The notes beneath the pieces were generated by a model. That model made no database searches and had not been told where the DNA came from. It saw only the letters and a list, made by a program, of their open reading frames with translations. Positions 1-13,002 of a stretch of DNA of 64,000 bases are shown here, piece by piece. Position numbers and translations under genes: made by a program. Within the stretch, counting starts at the first letter, position 1. Each line of letters begins with the position of its first letter. This stretch comes from Octopus sinensis (taxonomy: Eukaryota), in NCBI RefSeq assembly GCF_006345805.1, contig NC_042999.1, positions 170,810,001 through 170,874,000 of the forward strand, written 5' to 3'.

Positions 1-1982
1 AAGAACTGGAAGAAGAGATGTCTTGGTTTTCAGTGCACTGGTTGCACTGGAAACATGAGTTTAGTTGAATTTGCTGCCACTCTGACTATTCTCGTACTAT
101 AGACTGGTGGTTCAGAAGCAACAGCAGTAAATATGGTTTTAAATTTACGGTTTGCTGTTTGCTTTGTCATCTTTTCTTGTGGATTCATCGACCTGAAATA
201 GCTATCACTACAATGAGCGTAGCGACTAGATCTTCTGTGTTGCACCACCGATCTAACTGACGTTTTTTCCTCTCCCTCTATTTTAGTTTCCAGTTGTCAA
301 CTCTTGATGGAATATCGGCGATATAACTTCATAAATATAATTAAAACTTTTGCTTTTGACTACACTTTAAAGGCATATATAATTCAAAGCGTTTGCATTG
401 TAGTAATTCTGTATACACCAGTATTCGAAATGAGCACTAAACTAAGGAAACGCATCGATAATTACTGTTGAATCACTACTTAAGTGTTTGTGACATGTCA
501 TCAAATTTTAAATATTAAGAGCTAAGCTTCTTGGGGCTGATATAGCAGATATCACTTTGTCATGAATTTACCGCAACGCTATTGCCATTGCGAGACTTTC
601 CTGTACTCAGGCTGGTTGCTTCCCGGATAACCTTTGAATTGGCTGGTAGTAAATTTAATGGTGTAGCATTATTATAGGATAAACAACAATGAAATGTCCA
701 GCAACATTCGTACCTCAACTATGTTTCTCCTTCGAATGAATGAATATAACGAGTTTTAGTGGAAATATTTAGACATAACACGGTATTGAATGAGTAAAGA
801 GAAAATAACATGTACAGGATCATCATGATATCGGAGACATTCAACAAAATACACTACATTATTTATATTTTTTCAGTTTTCAACTATACTACAATATTCT
901 GCACAATATTACACTGTGATAGAAGAATGAGTTTCAGAGACGAAAACGAAAAAAAAAAAAACAAAAACAAGCAAGTGTAACCACATATTTCTTAGTGACA
1001 GGCTTATAACATTACTCACTTGAATACCATGTTATCCAGCCAAAGAAAGAAATGTTCGCGATCGTTCGACATTGTTGGAATAATTTCAAAATCCCATCAT
1101 ATCAAAAGAGTAAGGACGTGTTATCAACGCAGTTGTAAATAAACAAAACAAAACAACTGGTGGGGATCGCTTTTGATCATAGGTCTGCTGAAGCGGAACT
1201 GAAGGGCTTGCTTGGGTCTAATGAAATTTGATCATACTTTTAGTGTGAATGTTTTTACAGAATTTATTCTGCTGCAAATATTCGTACCAGAACTCTCGTC
1301 TCCCTCTTCGTTTTTTCCTGCAGATATTGCCCTTCAAATATTCAGCATTCGCACTATAACCAGTTTGGCACCACGGGCACTGAATAAGTTATTTGAAACA
1401 ATCTCAATATTCCATTCAATAACAATGTTTGGACAACAATAATATGAAAATATAGAGGAAAGAAAATATAGTAATAACAGTAAGAAGATTATTGGATTAC
1501 TATTATAAAATGCTGCTGCTCAAAAACGTAAACATAAGCCGAAGCCATAGAGAAGACATAAAACAACATTAACAGCAATAACAGCTGCAGGGACTAGAGC
1601 AACAACAACAGAAAACTAGCAACTAAATCAATAAAAATCAATGCTAAATCAAACATGCGTCAACTGCAAGCACAGCAAGATGACGGATATATGCAGCAGT
1701 CACGTTAGTAGCAATGGTAAAAAGAAAACGATGAAACAATAACGATAATGAAAAAAAAGGCAAAAAGGAAAACATCAAGAAATGATTTTCTTATCATGGA
1801 TCGGCTTGGTTTAATATATCAACTAAATTTTCATATATCTCTCATTTTCTCTTGAAAATTGAGATTAGACATCTTTGTTTCTTTAATTTAACAGTTTACT
1901 CGACATGAGCTTCAGCTTGATATCCAATTTATTCTAGTGTATTTTAATAGCGAAAAATAAAAAAAAATAAAAATTTCAGTCA

Positions 1983-2040
1983 TGGCCCTCTTGATTTATT
2001 TCTCTTGGCATGTGCCAAGAGAAATAAATCAATAGGGCCA
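1983..2040. repeat. Near-perfect DNA palindrome (28-bp arms, 2-nt centre)
   Basis: TGGCCCTCTTGATTTATTTCTCTTGGCA-TG-TGCCAAGAGAAATAAATCAATAGGGCCA; one mismatch between the arms. Confidence 0.9.
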
Positions 2041-3715
2041 ATCACTTTTAATCATTTAAATTATGAAATCAAATATTTTTTTTCAACTGATTAGGAAGAC
2101 TCATGTAAATTACATCTATGCTTATTAGGTCCTATAGACCGAAACAAGCACATAGTTAACACATACGCATAGAGAAAGGAAATACTTCTCTGTTAAGCTA
2201 GGTAAATTAACAAAGACTTTATTTATTTCTTGAAATTACTTTGAGTATCGCTAACAATTACTGCATAACATTTCTTTTTTTCTCCAAGTAAAGGAGACCT
2301 GGCTGGGTATTTTTGCATATTGCAATTATTGCAACTGGCCATCCCTTATCTATCTAAATTCAGGTCATTGGTCTATTTGAGTTATTTCTTTCGGCTCACT
2401 TTTAAAAATTATATTCGTTCCTATATTGGTTTCCTTTGTGTGGGTACGAGTTACGCTTGCATACAACTTTAAAGCATACTACCACCTTTGTCCATCTTAT
2501 AAATTATTCTGTAATTGAGACTTGATGATTTGATCACATTCAACAACACTAAAATATAAACTTAAAGAACCCTACCAGCTATACATAATACTGCATCTCC
2601 TCTGCTACTGATGAATATTATGGAATTTAAACAGTCACTTGCGGTACAAACGTTAAGTCTAATAATCTCCTATAACCTGTCATGCAGATCCCAGATTCTC
2701 TGCCTTGTCAGGATTATATGAGAAATGATACAGCAGATAATATATTGAAGATCTCAGAGCTTCTGTATTTAAATTCACTTCAGTTGTTTCATTGTGTATT
2801 TGGGAAGTCTTCTTAATACTACACGATTTACTTCACCAATCTGTTGATTCTCTTGGAATGTTCCATGAAATATCAAACAGAAGATTTAACTCACATGTTA
2901 AATCAAAGAGAAAACTTAATATCATGCGCTTAATGCTATGAAACCTTCCGGCTTCTAAGAAATTTACATTCTTAACATATTCAAAACTACAATACAAACA
3001 TTAATTTTCTTCTAGAAATTCAGAAAACACATCAGTAGCAAATAATTGTTATATCTTCATAAAAACAGACATGTTCTAATTCTTATTTACCGACCAAGTA
3101 TTCATTTACTGGTTGCCTGTATGTATAAATACGCAACAATAAGGGCCAACATGATAGCCTCTATGCACCTGCTTGTAATATCAGTCGAAGGTTTCTCAAA
3201 TCACAATGAAATCTCTTTAAAAATAAAGAAAGGACATGTTGAATAATATCAGTATACACTGTAAAAGGACAAGGAAGTGATGACCGAAACGAAATCAATT
3301 GTTGGTTTAATCGCTCGACCAAACTGATTCGAAATAACAAAAGAAGAAAAAAATGAACGGTTTTAATGACATTCCAGAAAATACCGCCTATATTGTTAAG
3401 CAATTATTAACAACCTAACTTTTTCTTTTTTCTTTATATGCTTTAAATGAACTGCCTTGAAGCTTAATTTTTCTACTTAATACTACATTTCGATTCTTTT
3501 ACCTCACCAACTCGGCGCTGCTCGTGGTAAATAGCATTTATGAAAACTTTTCTTCTGTTTCTGTCACGCCACTGTGTCTCACTTTGCTACATTGTAAAAC
3601 CATTTTCTTTATAACGGAACTTCTGCCTGCTTGTTTCTATGAATTAATGTGCTATCATTCACGCTGGACAGTAAATAATATTTCTTGTCTGATCGATCCA
3701 TTGCAACAGGCAGAA

Positions 3716-3755
<40 letters not shown>

Positions 3756-5523
3756 TTCTCACTCTCTTTTTCTTTTTTTCTCTCTCTCTCTCTTTCTTGC
3801 GTTCTCACTCTCTTTATTTCTCTCATTCTCACTTCCCCTCCTTCGTATTCTATGAATTTTGATGCATCTAAAAGGAGTGACGTCACCACACTTTTTCTGT
3901 TCATATATATATTGTTACTTATTCACAAGCAAGTGCGCACACATACGCACACACTTACGCACACTCACACACACACATGCACATACACAAGCGTCATCTA
4001 ACAAACTTTAAATATATATTGCAAATTTTTCTTTACCGTTTAGTCAAGGAAAGTCCATGCACACAGGCTTCAGAAAATCGTAGATAATAAATGGACGAAA
4101 ATATCTTCAAATCGAAGATTTGTTCCTATTGTTTGCAAAAGAGTAAACTTCTTCTGCAACCCCAAAGGCCGCGTGGGAATGTGTAAGTTGACAGGGTATT
4201 AAATAAATCCACGGAAACAGAACTTTGATGAAAGAAAATATTGCAACAGTTGAGTTGAGCAACACCAAAACCCTTTCACTGCACGTAGGACATATTCAGT
4301 TCACGTTACATCCGTTGCTATATCGTATATTTTGTCAATAATTCTGCTGATAATCAGGCAGTTTGATTCCATGAACAGAATTCCTAGCAAGGCCTTTTTA
4401 CATTTTTACACTTTTATGGAATTCACTGTTGTGTAACATAGCTACGTGCTCTCAGTGATCCACATTCAACAATATTTTGTTTTATCAATTTTATTCTATT
4501 TATTGCTTCTGTCAACTTTGTATTGTTTAGTGCGGTTGTTGTGTTTTATTCTGTTGTACGATAAGCGATAGAATTTTGTCACGGTTCTGTATTTGGAAGA
4601 ACGTTTCCCTGGGAATATTTATGGTTTCATCATTATCTCTGATGTAGTTATTTTTTTCTTTGAGTTCGGATACAATTAATACTCCTTTTTCTTAATGCTT
4701 TCTTATGCTTTCACTGTGATTCGAGGGTTAATTTATTATACGCGTTGTCGGTTTTCTTTTCTCTAATTTGAATGTGATAAGTTCGATTGCGATTTTAACA
4801 TTGATTTGTCGTAGGTTCTCATTTATGTGTGGTCTTTTGTTTTGTTTCCTTGTTTCTGTTTCGAATTTTTTGGATCATGCTATTGTTTATTATAAATCTA
4901 CGTCCGTTCGCGTATTCGTAATTATATTCTTCAAATCATCATTTTTCCATACTCATAAGAGTCTTTCGGAAAGCTCATGTTTTTAGATGGAATGATTATA
5001 CATAAAGTAATGGCAAAGTTAAAAAAAATATTATACGCCTCTCTTATATATTTATTTGTTTCTTAGTTAGCGTAATCCAGGAATTTCAGAGATGTTAGAG
5101 TCAAAGAATAATTGGCTTTTTTCTAGTATATTAAAATCAAACATTAGTGGTTCCTATTGTAATTTCTATTCCTCCTCTTATCAGTGCGATGAAAATAACA
5201 ATGGCTGCAATAAGTACAACAAGAAGAAGAGCAAAGCAATAACTAAAACAGCATCAGCAATAACTTAGATAAAGACTTACGCCACTCAAAGTACATTCAG
5301 AATAAAAGAAAATATTCCATCTTAAGGATTTAGATTGTATCACAGATGTTCGTTGTTGTTCTTCCTTATGCTTTTACACATTTTTTGATTGATTTATTAT
5401 CACTGATATCTTGGATAATAAGATTTTATTATTAATTTGTGCATCTCATGAGAGCTGTAAAGCAAGGTGAAAGCGCCCATGAACCACAGTTTTTTCTATT
5501 TCTTCCAAACGAGTGTTCCATAT

Positions 5524-5693
5524 GTATGTATATTTGTATGTATGTATGTATGTATGTATGTATGTGTGTATGTATGTATGTATGTATGTATGTATGTATG
5601 TATGTATGTATGTATGTACGTACGTACATACGTACATACATATATACGTACGTACATACGTACATACATACATATGTACATACATATATATAT
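5524..5693. repeat. (TATG)n/(TACG)n/(TA)n compound microsatellite
   Basis: Read directly; it explains the stacked MYVC/YIHT ORFs. Confidence 0.95.
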
Positions 5694-7298
5694 AGTGAAA
5701 ACCTATGACAATCACAGCCTCTCATTTATTGTCGTAAATCACAGATATTTTACACTTGACAAAAAATCATTTGTGTATTTATTTTCTTTTTCTGTCATAA
5801 TATTTTGTTTCATAATTTGAAGCTTTAGATATTCGATGTTTTATAATAATTTCAGGTGATGGTGAACTCGTGAAAATAAATGAAGACTTCTTACATTATA
5901 TACTATGACACAAGTAAATAATTGTCGTGTGGCGCTTATGTTTTCTGAAAGCTGGATAGTATTTTGAAAGAATATTTCAGAATATTCATAAGGTCGCGAT
6001 TACATATATAAAACCAAAATTAAAGAATTTAAGCAGTTTGTATACCATTCTCACCGGTGGCTCCGTATTTGTGTCTTAGTGATCTAGCGTTGGAATAACT
6101 ATGAAGATAAGGGAAATATGATTGAAAATTTTAGGTTTATAACTCTATACGATTCAGAATTATATAATATAACTTCTGAGCAATTCAAATCAGGGAATCT
6201 GGTTTGCACACCTGAACTTTTCTTAATAAAGCCCTTTAAAAACAAAATATGAAATCTCAGAATCTATAATGTAATACTTTCACCGTTATGAAAAAGTTTT
6301 ATTAATGCTTGGAATGTGTCAGCTAAATATTGATTAGGATGTGTATCACCGGAACCTAGAAGTACCAGAGATTTCCAATTGTCCAACAATGAAAAATATT
6401 AAGAAAATATAAATGAAATGTTTAAATTTAAACCCTTGTTAAGCACAAACTTCTTTTGTGGCTGCGTATCCGATATTTGAGAACTAACTAATCTTCTTAT
6501 TCACAATAATTTCAATTACTATTTCTATAATTACCATTAGATCCAAACGCAAACTAGCTATGCACAATTGAGATAGAAATGCCCACCAATCTCACCGTAA
6601 ATGAAGATGGGCTATCTGAATGCAGAGAATACCAAAAGGAAACCAATGAAACCAATTATGTATTACTTGTCTTCATTGGTGTCATTATCCTCGACGTCAA
6701 CAGCAATAGAAACAGAACCAAGGGCTATAAAATCAGAATTTAGCGTCATCAAACAATTTCATAATATACCAAAGCATCATTATAATAGTTATCACAAAAC
6801 CCTAGACATCAAAATAACTTTTGATATTTGATGATGATAAGGTTCATGATGAGGGTTAGCATGAGTGAGTGAAGAAGTAGAAGAAGAAGGAGGAGGAACA
6901 TGGTGGGGATGCTATTGACGAGGTGGGTGATAATAATTCCGATGGTAAAGACGAAATGAATAATGTTAGTGATGACAGTGGTGGTGAAATAAATATATAG
7001 AAATAAATATATACATGTCAAAATTTACTATTAAAGATACTAGTCTGAAATGAAACATGAAAGAAAACAAGGACAATATTTTGTTTATTAAAAAATAAAA
7101 CAAATATCGTCATAACCATTAATATAACTTTAATCATCTTTAACATCATAATCATCTCGCCAATCACATCCTTTTCCTCGTAAACATCACCAGCTTTCTC
7201 CGTTTGATATTTTCATATTGTGTTCTTTAATAATAACAAAGAAAGAAACCAGTCACCATTATTAACTTTATTATAATCATCAGCTTCAACAGCATAGA

Positions 7299-7351
<53 letters not shown>

Positions 7352-7404
7352 TCAACATCATCTTCATCCTCCTCCTCCTCCTCATCATCATCATCATCAT
7401 CATC
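7299..7404. repeat. Compound microsatellite (GCCA)n-(TCC)n-(TCA)n
   Basis: Read directly. Confidence 0.95.
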
Positions 7405-8545
7405 GTGGACCTCATCCTCCCCTCCTCCCTTCCCCCTCCTCCTCCCTTCCTCTCCCTCCTCTCTTCCCCTCCCTCCTCTCTTTCCCTTCCTCCTCCTTTT
7501 CCCCTGCTTCTCCCCTCCTCCCCTCCTCTTCACACTCCTCCCCTCCTCTTCACACTCCTCCCCTCTTCCCCCTACTCCTCTTCACACTCCTCCCCTCCTC
7601 CTACTCCCCTCCACACTCTTCGTTTCTTCCTCCCACTCCTCTCCTCCTCCGATACACATCCTTCTCTCCTCTACCTACTCATCTCCTCCTCATCCTTCCC
7701 TACTCTACTTCCTCTTCCCATTCTTCCTTCCCACTTACTCCTACCCCTCCTTCTCCCACCCCTTCCCCTTATTTCTCCCTTTCCCCTTCCTCCCTCATCT
7801 TATTCTTCCCCTTCCCCTTCCTCCTCCTCCTCATTCCTTCCTCCCATTCCTCTTCCTCTCTTCCCTTCCCCCTTCCTCTCTCCTCTTCTCCTTCCCTCCT
7901 TCCTTAATTCCCCTTCTTCCTCCCTCCTCCCCCTCCCCTACTCATTCTCCCCTTGAGCTCTTCCCTTCCTCCCATCCCTACCTCCTCCTTCCTGCTCTTC
8001 CCTACTATTCCTCCCCTTCCTCCTCTTACCCACTTCCTCTCATTCATCCCCTCCTTCTCCTCCTCCCATCATCCCCCCTCTTCTTCCCTTCATTCCCTCC
8101 TCCTCCCTTCATCCCCTCCCTCTTCTTCTCTTCATTCCCTCCTCCTCCTCCCTTCGCCTCTTCCTCCTCCCCGCTTCCTCCTCCCTTCTTCCTCCTTCCC
8201 CTCTTCCTCTCTTCCTCCTCGCCCATTCCTCCTCCCCTCTTCCCCCTTCCTCCTCCCTTCTTCCTCCTTCCCCTCTTCCTCGCCCCTTCCTTCTCCCATC
8301 CTCGCCCCTTCTCCCATCCTCGCCGCTTCCCCCTCCCATTATTCTCCTCCCCTCTTCCCCCGCTCCCCTTCCCCCTTCCCCCGATCCCCTCTTCCCCCTT
8401 CCTCCTCCCTTCTTCCTCCTTCCCTTCTTCCTCCTTCCCCTCTTCCTCGCCCCTTCCTTCTCCCATCCTCGCCGCTTCCCCCTCCCCTTATTCTCCTCCC
8501 CTCTTCCCCCGCTCCCCTTCCTCTCCCCTCTTCCTCCTCTGCATC
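7405..8545. repeat. About 1.1-kb polypyrimidine/polypurine low-complexity tract with internal duplications
   Basis: Almost only C/T on the + strand. CCTCGCCCCTTCCTTCTCCCATCCTCGCC recurs near 8280 and 8445. Confidence 0.9.
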
Positions 8546-8870
8546 ATCATCATCATAATGAATGTCAACAGCATCATCTAACTCACTAATAAATTGAAAT
8601 GCAAGGCAAGAGAAATCACAATGACATATGTCGTTCCATTGTCGTTGATAGAAATCAATTGCTTTTTGAAATTGTTTTTGGTTTTATTTTTGATTTTTGA
8701 TATTAAAATTTCCAATTAGGAAACTGGAGTAACTAATGGATAAATAAGACCTTCAGAAAACGTAAACCAGACAATAGCTATCCTAGCTATTTCATTAGAA
8801 GGAAAATAAATGGATTTCAGTAAATTCAAAATCAATAGAAAAAACAACAATACCAAGAACAAAAACAAGA

Positions 8871-8871
<1 letters not shown>

Positions 8872-8924
<53 letters not shown>

Positions 8925-8925
8925 T
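8872..8925. repeat. (AAT)n microsatellite
   Basis: Read directly. Confidence 0.95.
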
Positions 8926-9391
8926 TGTTGAAATACCTAACCGTGTTCACAATTATGACTGTTCGGCCTATTTAACTCACTACATTCCAGACACAGCAAA
9001 CCACACCCATTACCAATTCCCCCTGTCTTCCAGAACCTTGCCCCCACACAGGTTAGCAGGAAACCTATCAGGATGAAAACAGCCATTTCAGTTTCTATGG
9101 CTACGGAAGGTGGCGAACCCTAAGGCAAGAAGAAGAGCAACAGTGACAACTCTAAATGTAGTAACAATGACGAAAACAGCTGAGCCATCATGACTACAGA
9201 TGAGAGTCATGACACGTATATGAACAACAACAGTAGCAGGAACAACCATAGAAAAAAAGAACAACAATAACAACAGAATCACCGTTGTTACAGGAGATAA
9301 CCAGAGCAACAAAGACAGCGACAATACCAACAGAAACAATACAATTCACAAAAGCAGGGCTACCGCCACCACTGACAACAGCAATACACTT

Positions 9392-9570
9392 TTTTACTAT
9401 GAGCACAAGTCTTGAAATTTTTTGGGAAGGAACTAATTGATTACATCGACCCCAAGACTCAACTGGAGGGAAATCGATCTCGACAGCATTTGAATTCAGA
9501 ACGTGAAGACGGACGAAATACTGCTAAGCATTTCGCTCTGCGTGTTAACGATTCTGCCAGCTTGCAGCCT
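9392..9570 (-). mobile_element. tRNA-derived SINE (octopus OK/OR-like family), internally deleted
   Basis: The minus strand begins AGGCTGCAAGCTGGCAGAATCGTTAACACGCAGAGCGAAATGCTTAGCAGTATTTCGTCCGTCTTCACGTTCTGAATTCAAAT, with A-box-like and B-box-like elements, followed by GGGGTCGATGTAATC. It resembles an abundant octopus SINE as I recall it; not database-verified. Confidence 0.7.
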
Positions 9571-9575
9571 TATCA

Positions 9576-9785
9576 TTAACCCATTAGCGCCCATGGTCCT
9601 TTTTTTAAGGACCAGTAGGGTAATTCATAATATTTCTGCAACACCTGTATTTTTTTTTAGATATATTTAGTTAGTCTTGCGAATATTGTAATAATTTTTT
9701 TTTTGTATATTTAGTATCAGATAAAGTTGTATAGAAAAGATTTTTGGTAAAAAATTAAATAAAAAATTGGGCACTAATGGATTAA
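9576..9785. mobile_element. piggyBac-type MITE (202 bp between TTAA target-site duplications)
   Basis: TTAA(9576-9579)-CCCATTAGCGCCCA ... TGGGCACTAATGGA-TTAA(9782-9785). TIRs match at 12/14 positions around an AT-rich non-coding interior. A TTAA TSD and a CCC start are piggyBac hallmarks. Confidence 0.75.
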
Positions 9786-9795
9786 TAATAATAAT

Positions 9796-10450
9796 CCTTT
9801 CTAGAAGGAACAGGGGTGTGCCGCAACATGAGTCAGGTGAATTCCATCAGGAATCATAAGAGAAATATTATGATTTATACAGAAGGTGGGACATGTAGAG
9901 ATTCCCATTTGGTGTACGCAGCAGAATGCACGAAATACAGCTTGATTTATGTTGGTTGTACAACAGAACAATTAAACAAAAGATTTAATGTGCACAGATA
10001 TGACATCAGGCACAATAACAGTAGTTCGACAGAATTTGTTGTACATTTTGCATCAAATGGCTGCAATTTTGAAAAAGACTTGAAGCGGCATATTCTCAGA
10101 AGATATTCTGAATCTGCTACGCCTTCAATACTCAAAATGCATGAGGAGTAATATGTTTGCAGGTTATTAACATCACGCCCTGGAGTAATGAATAAAATGA
10201 TAGGAGAATTTCATCAAATTTACACAAGACTTTGATTAAATATTCTTCTTCTTTTTCCTTTTCTTCTTCAATTATTTTTCATTTTTCTCTTTTCTTTATT
10301 TTACTTTTTGCCAGTTGCATATTTCAACTTTGAAAACTGATAATATCATTCTATCAACATGAGAAAGCTGGTTACTCTCGTTCATATTTTGGATTTGAAT
10401 TTCTATAATTTTGAATTTTTGTTACTTTTCATTTTGAACTCGACAAAGAG
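9796..10450 (+). mobile_element. Penelope-like element 3' fragment: GIY-YIG endonuclease pseudogene plus 3' non-coding region
   Basis: ORF 9816-10151 carries C..SHLVYAAEC...LIYVGCT.EQLNKRFNVHR (GIY/YIG boxes plus conserved R and H). The frame continues past one stop to ...RPGVMN, then a T-rich tail. No RT portion is present. Confidence 0.75.
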
Positions 10451-10484
10451 AGGGAATAGTTATGTTAATACTTTTAAAATATAA

Positions 10485-10494
10485 TAATATAATA

Positions 10495-10535
<41 letters not shown>

Positions 10536-10557
10536 TAATAATAATAATAATAATAAT

Positions 10558-10617
<60 letters not shown>
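10485..10617. repeat. (AAT)n microsatellite at the left edge of the retrotransposon nest
   Basis: Read directly. Confidence 0.95.
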
Positions 10618-10618
<1 letters not shown>

Positions 10619-10864
10619 TTCCTATCATAGTAGGTGCATTAGGCATGATAAAAAAATATTCAGACAAATACATAACAAAAACACCAGGACTTATAAACAC
10701 ATATAAGATACAGAAAATTGCACTACTAGGCACTGCACACATCCTACGCAGAACACTTTCCATACAATGACCATCAGAGCATCACAACAAATCACAGCAC
10801 ATACCCAAGGCACACAGAGCTGCGCTCGGTAGTGAAGTGAAAGCACGCTATAAAAATAAAACTA

Positions 10865-10869
<5 letters not shown>
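10618..10869 (+). mobile_element. R4/Dong-like non-LTR retrotransposon family A, copy A1 (about 250-bp 3' end)
   Basis: Matches the last 250 bp of the 19.4-21.5 kb copy (IPIIVGALG...RRTLSIQ* plus 3' UTR ending AAATAAAACTACTGAA); (AAT)n on both sides. Confidence 0.92.
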
Positions 10870-10944
<75 letters not shown>

Positions 10945-11083
10945 GACATGGAAAGGCTATATATACAACGTATATATAAAGCTGGAAAACTACTATAAAA
11001 TAACCACCGTAAGACTGCAAAAATACCTACTTCAGAATCAAGGAAAACTGATACAAATAGCGGCAAAACACGAGTAAAACAGA

Positions 11084-11114
<31 letters not shown>

Positions 11115-12099
11115 AAGAAGAAGAAGAAGAAGAGAAGAAGAAGAAGAAGAGGAGGAAGAAGAGACAACAAAAGCTATAAAGCAAATGAAATCAAAACTAA
11201 AACATGAACAGCAACAGACCATGATAAAACGATGGCAAGAAAAGCCCCTTCATGGCAAGTAGTGGACTAAACTAAATGCAAAAGAAATAGACAAAGAAAA
11301 ATCCCAGCAATGGTTGAGAAGCTCAGGACTCAAATCAGAGACAGAGGGATTTTTAATTGCAGCACAAAACCAAAGCCTTTCACCAGAAATTACCAAAAAC
11401 ATGTAATGAAAAGAAATATAACAGGTAACTGCAGAATATGTGGAGATGGACAAGAAACAATAAATCATATTATCTCTGGCTGCCCAGTCCTGGCTAAGAA
11501 GGAATATATTCACAGACACGACAGAATTGGGACCTACATACATTGGAAGCTATGCCAACATTATGGAATAACAACAGAAAAAGGATGGTATAGGCATAAA
11601 CACCAGAAAAGGTCACAGAAAACGAGAAAGCAACCATACTCTGGGATATGCCAATACACAGAGATAGAGAAATTAAGGCCAACAGACCAGATATAGTTGT
11701 CGGAGATCATGAAGAAAAAAATGCTTTCTAATTGATGTATCAATACCGGCAGATGACAACGTGTCTCTAAAAGAAATGGAGAAACTCTCAAAATACAAAG
11801 ACCTGGAAATAGAGGTAACTAGAATGTGGAATCTGAAAACAGAAACAATTCCTATCATAGTAGGTGCATTAGGCATGATAAAAAAATATTCAGACAAATA
11901 CATAACAAAAACTCCAGGACTTACAAACACACATTACATACAGAAAATTGCACTACTAGGCACTGCACACATCCTACGCAGAACACTTTCAATACAGTAA
12001 CCATCAGAGCATCACAACAAAACACAGCACATATCGAAGGCACACAGAGCTGCGCTCGGTAGTGAAGTGAAAGCACATTATAAAAATAAAACAACTGAA
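10945..12099 (+). mobile_element. Family A copy A2 (5'-truncated, with internal deletions, expanded (GAA)n and frameshifts)
   Basis: Collinear with about 20296-21480; encodes the CRICGDGQETINHIISGC knuckle and endonuclease fragments; ends CAACTGAA-(TGA)n-(TAA)n. Confidence 0.92.
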
Positions 12100-12107
12100 T
12101 GATGATG

Positions 12108-12162
<55 letters not shown>

Positions 12163-12200
12163 GAAGAAGAAGAAGAAGAAGAAGAAGAATGATAATAATA

Positions 12201-12273
<73 letters not shown>

Positions 12274-12274
<1 letters not shown>

Positions 12275-12826
12275 GATATTATGCCAACATTATGGAATAA
12301 CAACAGAAAAAAGATGGTATAGGCACACACCAGAAAAGGTCACAGAAAAGGAGAAAGCAACCATACTCTAGGATATGCCGATACACACAGATAGAGAAAT
12401 TAAGGCCAACAGACCAGATATAGTTGTCGGAGATCATGAAGAAAAAAATGCTTTCTAATTGATGTATCAATACCGGCAGATGACAACGTGTCTCTAAAAG
12501 AAATGGAGAAACTCTCAAAATACAAAGACCTGGAAATAGAGGTAACTAGAATGTGGAATCTGAAAACAGAAACAATTCCTATCATAGTAGGTGCATTAGG
12601 CATGATAAAAAAATATTCAGACAAATACATAACAAAAACTCCAGGACTTACAAACACACATAACATACAGAAAATTGCACTACTAGGCACTGCACACATC
12701 CTACGCAGAACACTTTCAATACAGTAACCATCAGAGCATCTCAACAAAACACAGCACATATCGAAGGCACACAGAGCTGCGCTCGGTAGTGAAGTGAAAG
12801 CACATTATAATAATAAAACAACTGAA
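12274..12826 (+). mobile_element. Family A copy A3 (mosaic: A4-type 5' part, A2-type 3' part)
   Basis: Has the same 5' junction as A4 (GATATTATGCCAAC) and the same 3' variants and tail as A2. Confidence 0.92.
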
Positions 12827-12876
12827 TGATGATGATAATAATAATAATAATAATAATAATAATATAATAATAATAA

Positions 12877-12907
<31 letters not shown>

Positions 12908-12911
12908 AATG

Positions 12912-13000
<89 letters not shown>

Positions 13001-13002
<2 letters not shown>

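Noticed and set aside
30-248. 72-aa minus-strand ORF at the window start
   Set aside because: No recognisable motif, the other frames are closed, and there is no supporting exon structure.
4050-5000. Faint Penelope-like peptide fragments on the minus strand (SESIRKALRK, ICPTCSE)
   Set aside because: They come from different frames with many stops and are too weak without a profile search.
5432-8558. Stacked ORFs such as MYVC/YIHT repeats and Pro/Ser/Leu- or Gly/Glu-rich ORFs (also many later poly-I/L/N/Y and HT/CV ORFs)
   Set aside because: They are translations of microsatellites and low-complexity DNA that lack stop codons.
9500-9570. tRNA-like heads here and at about 59665-59735
   Set aside because: No complete cloverleaf; they continue into SINE bodies.
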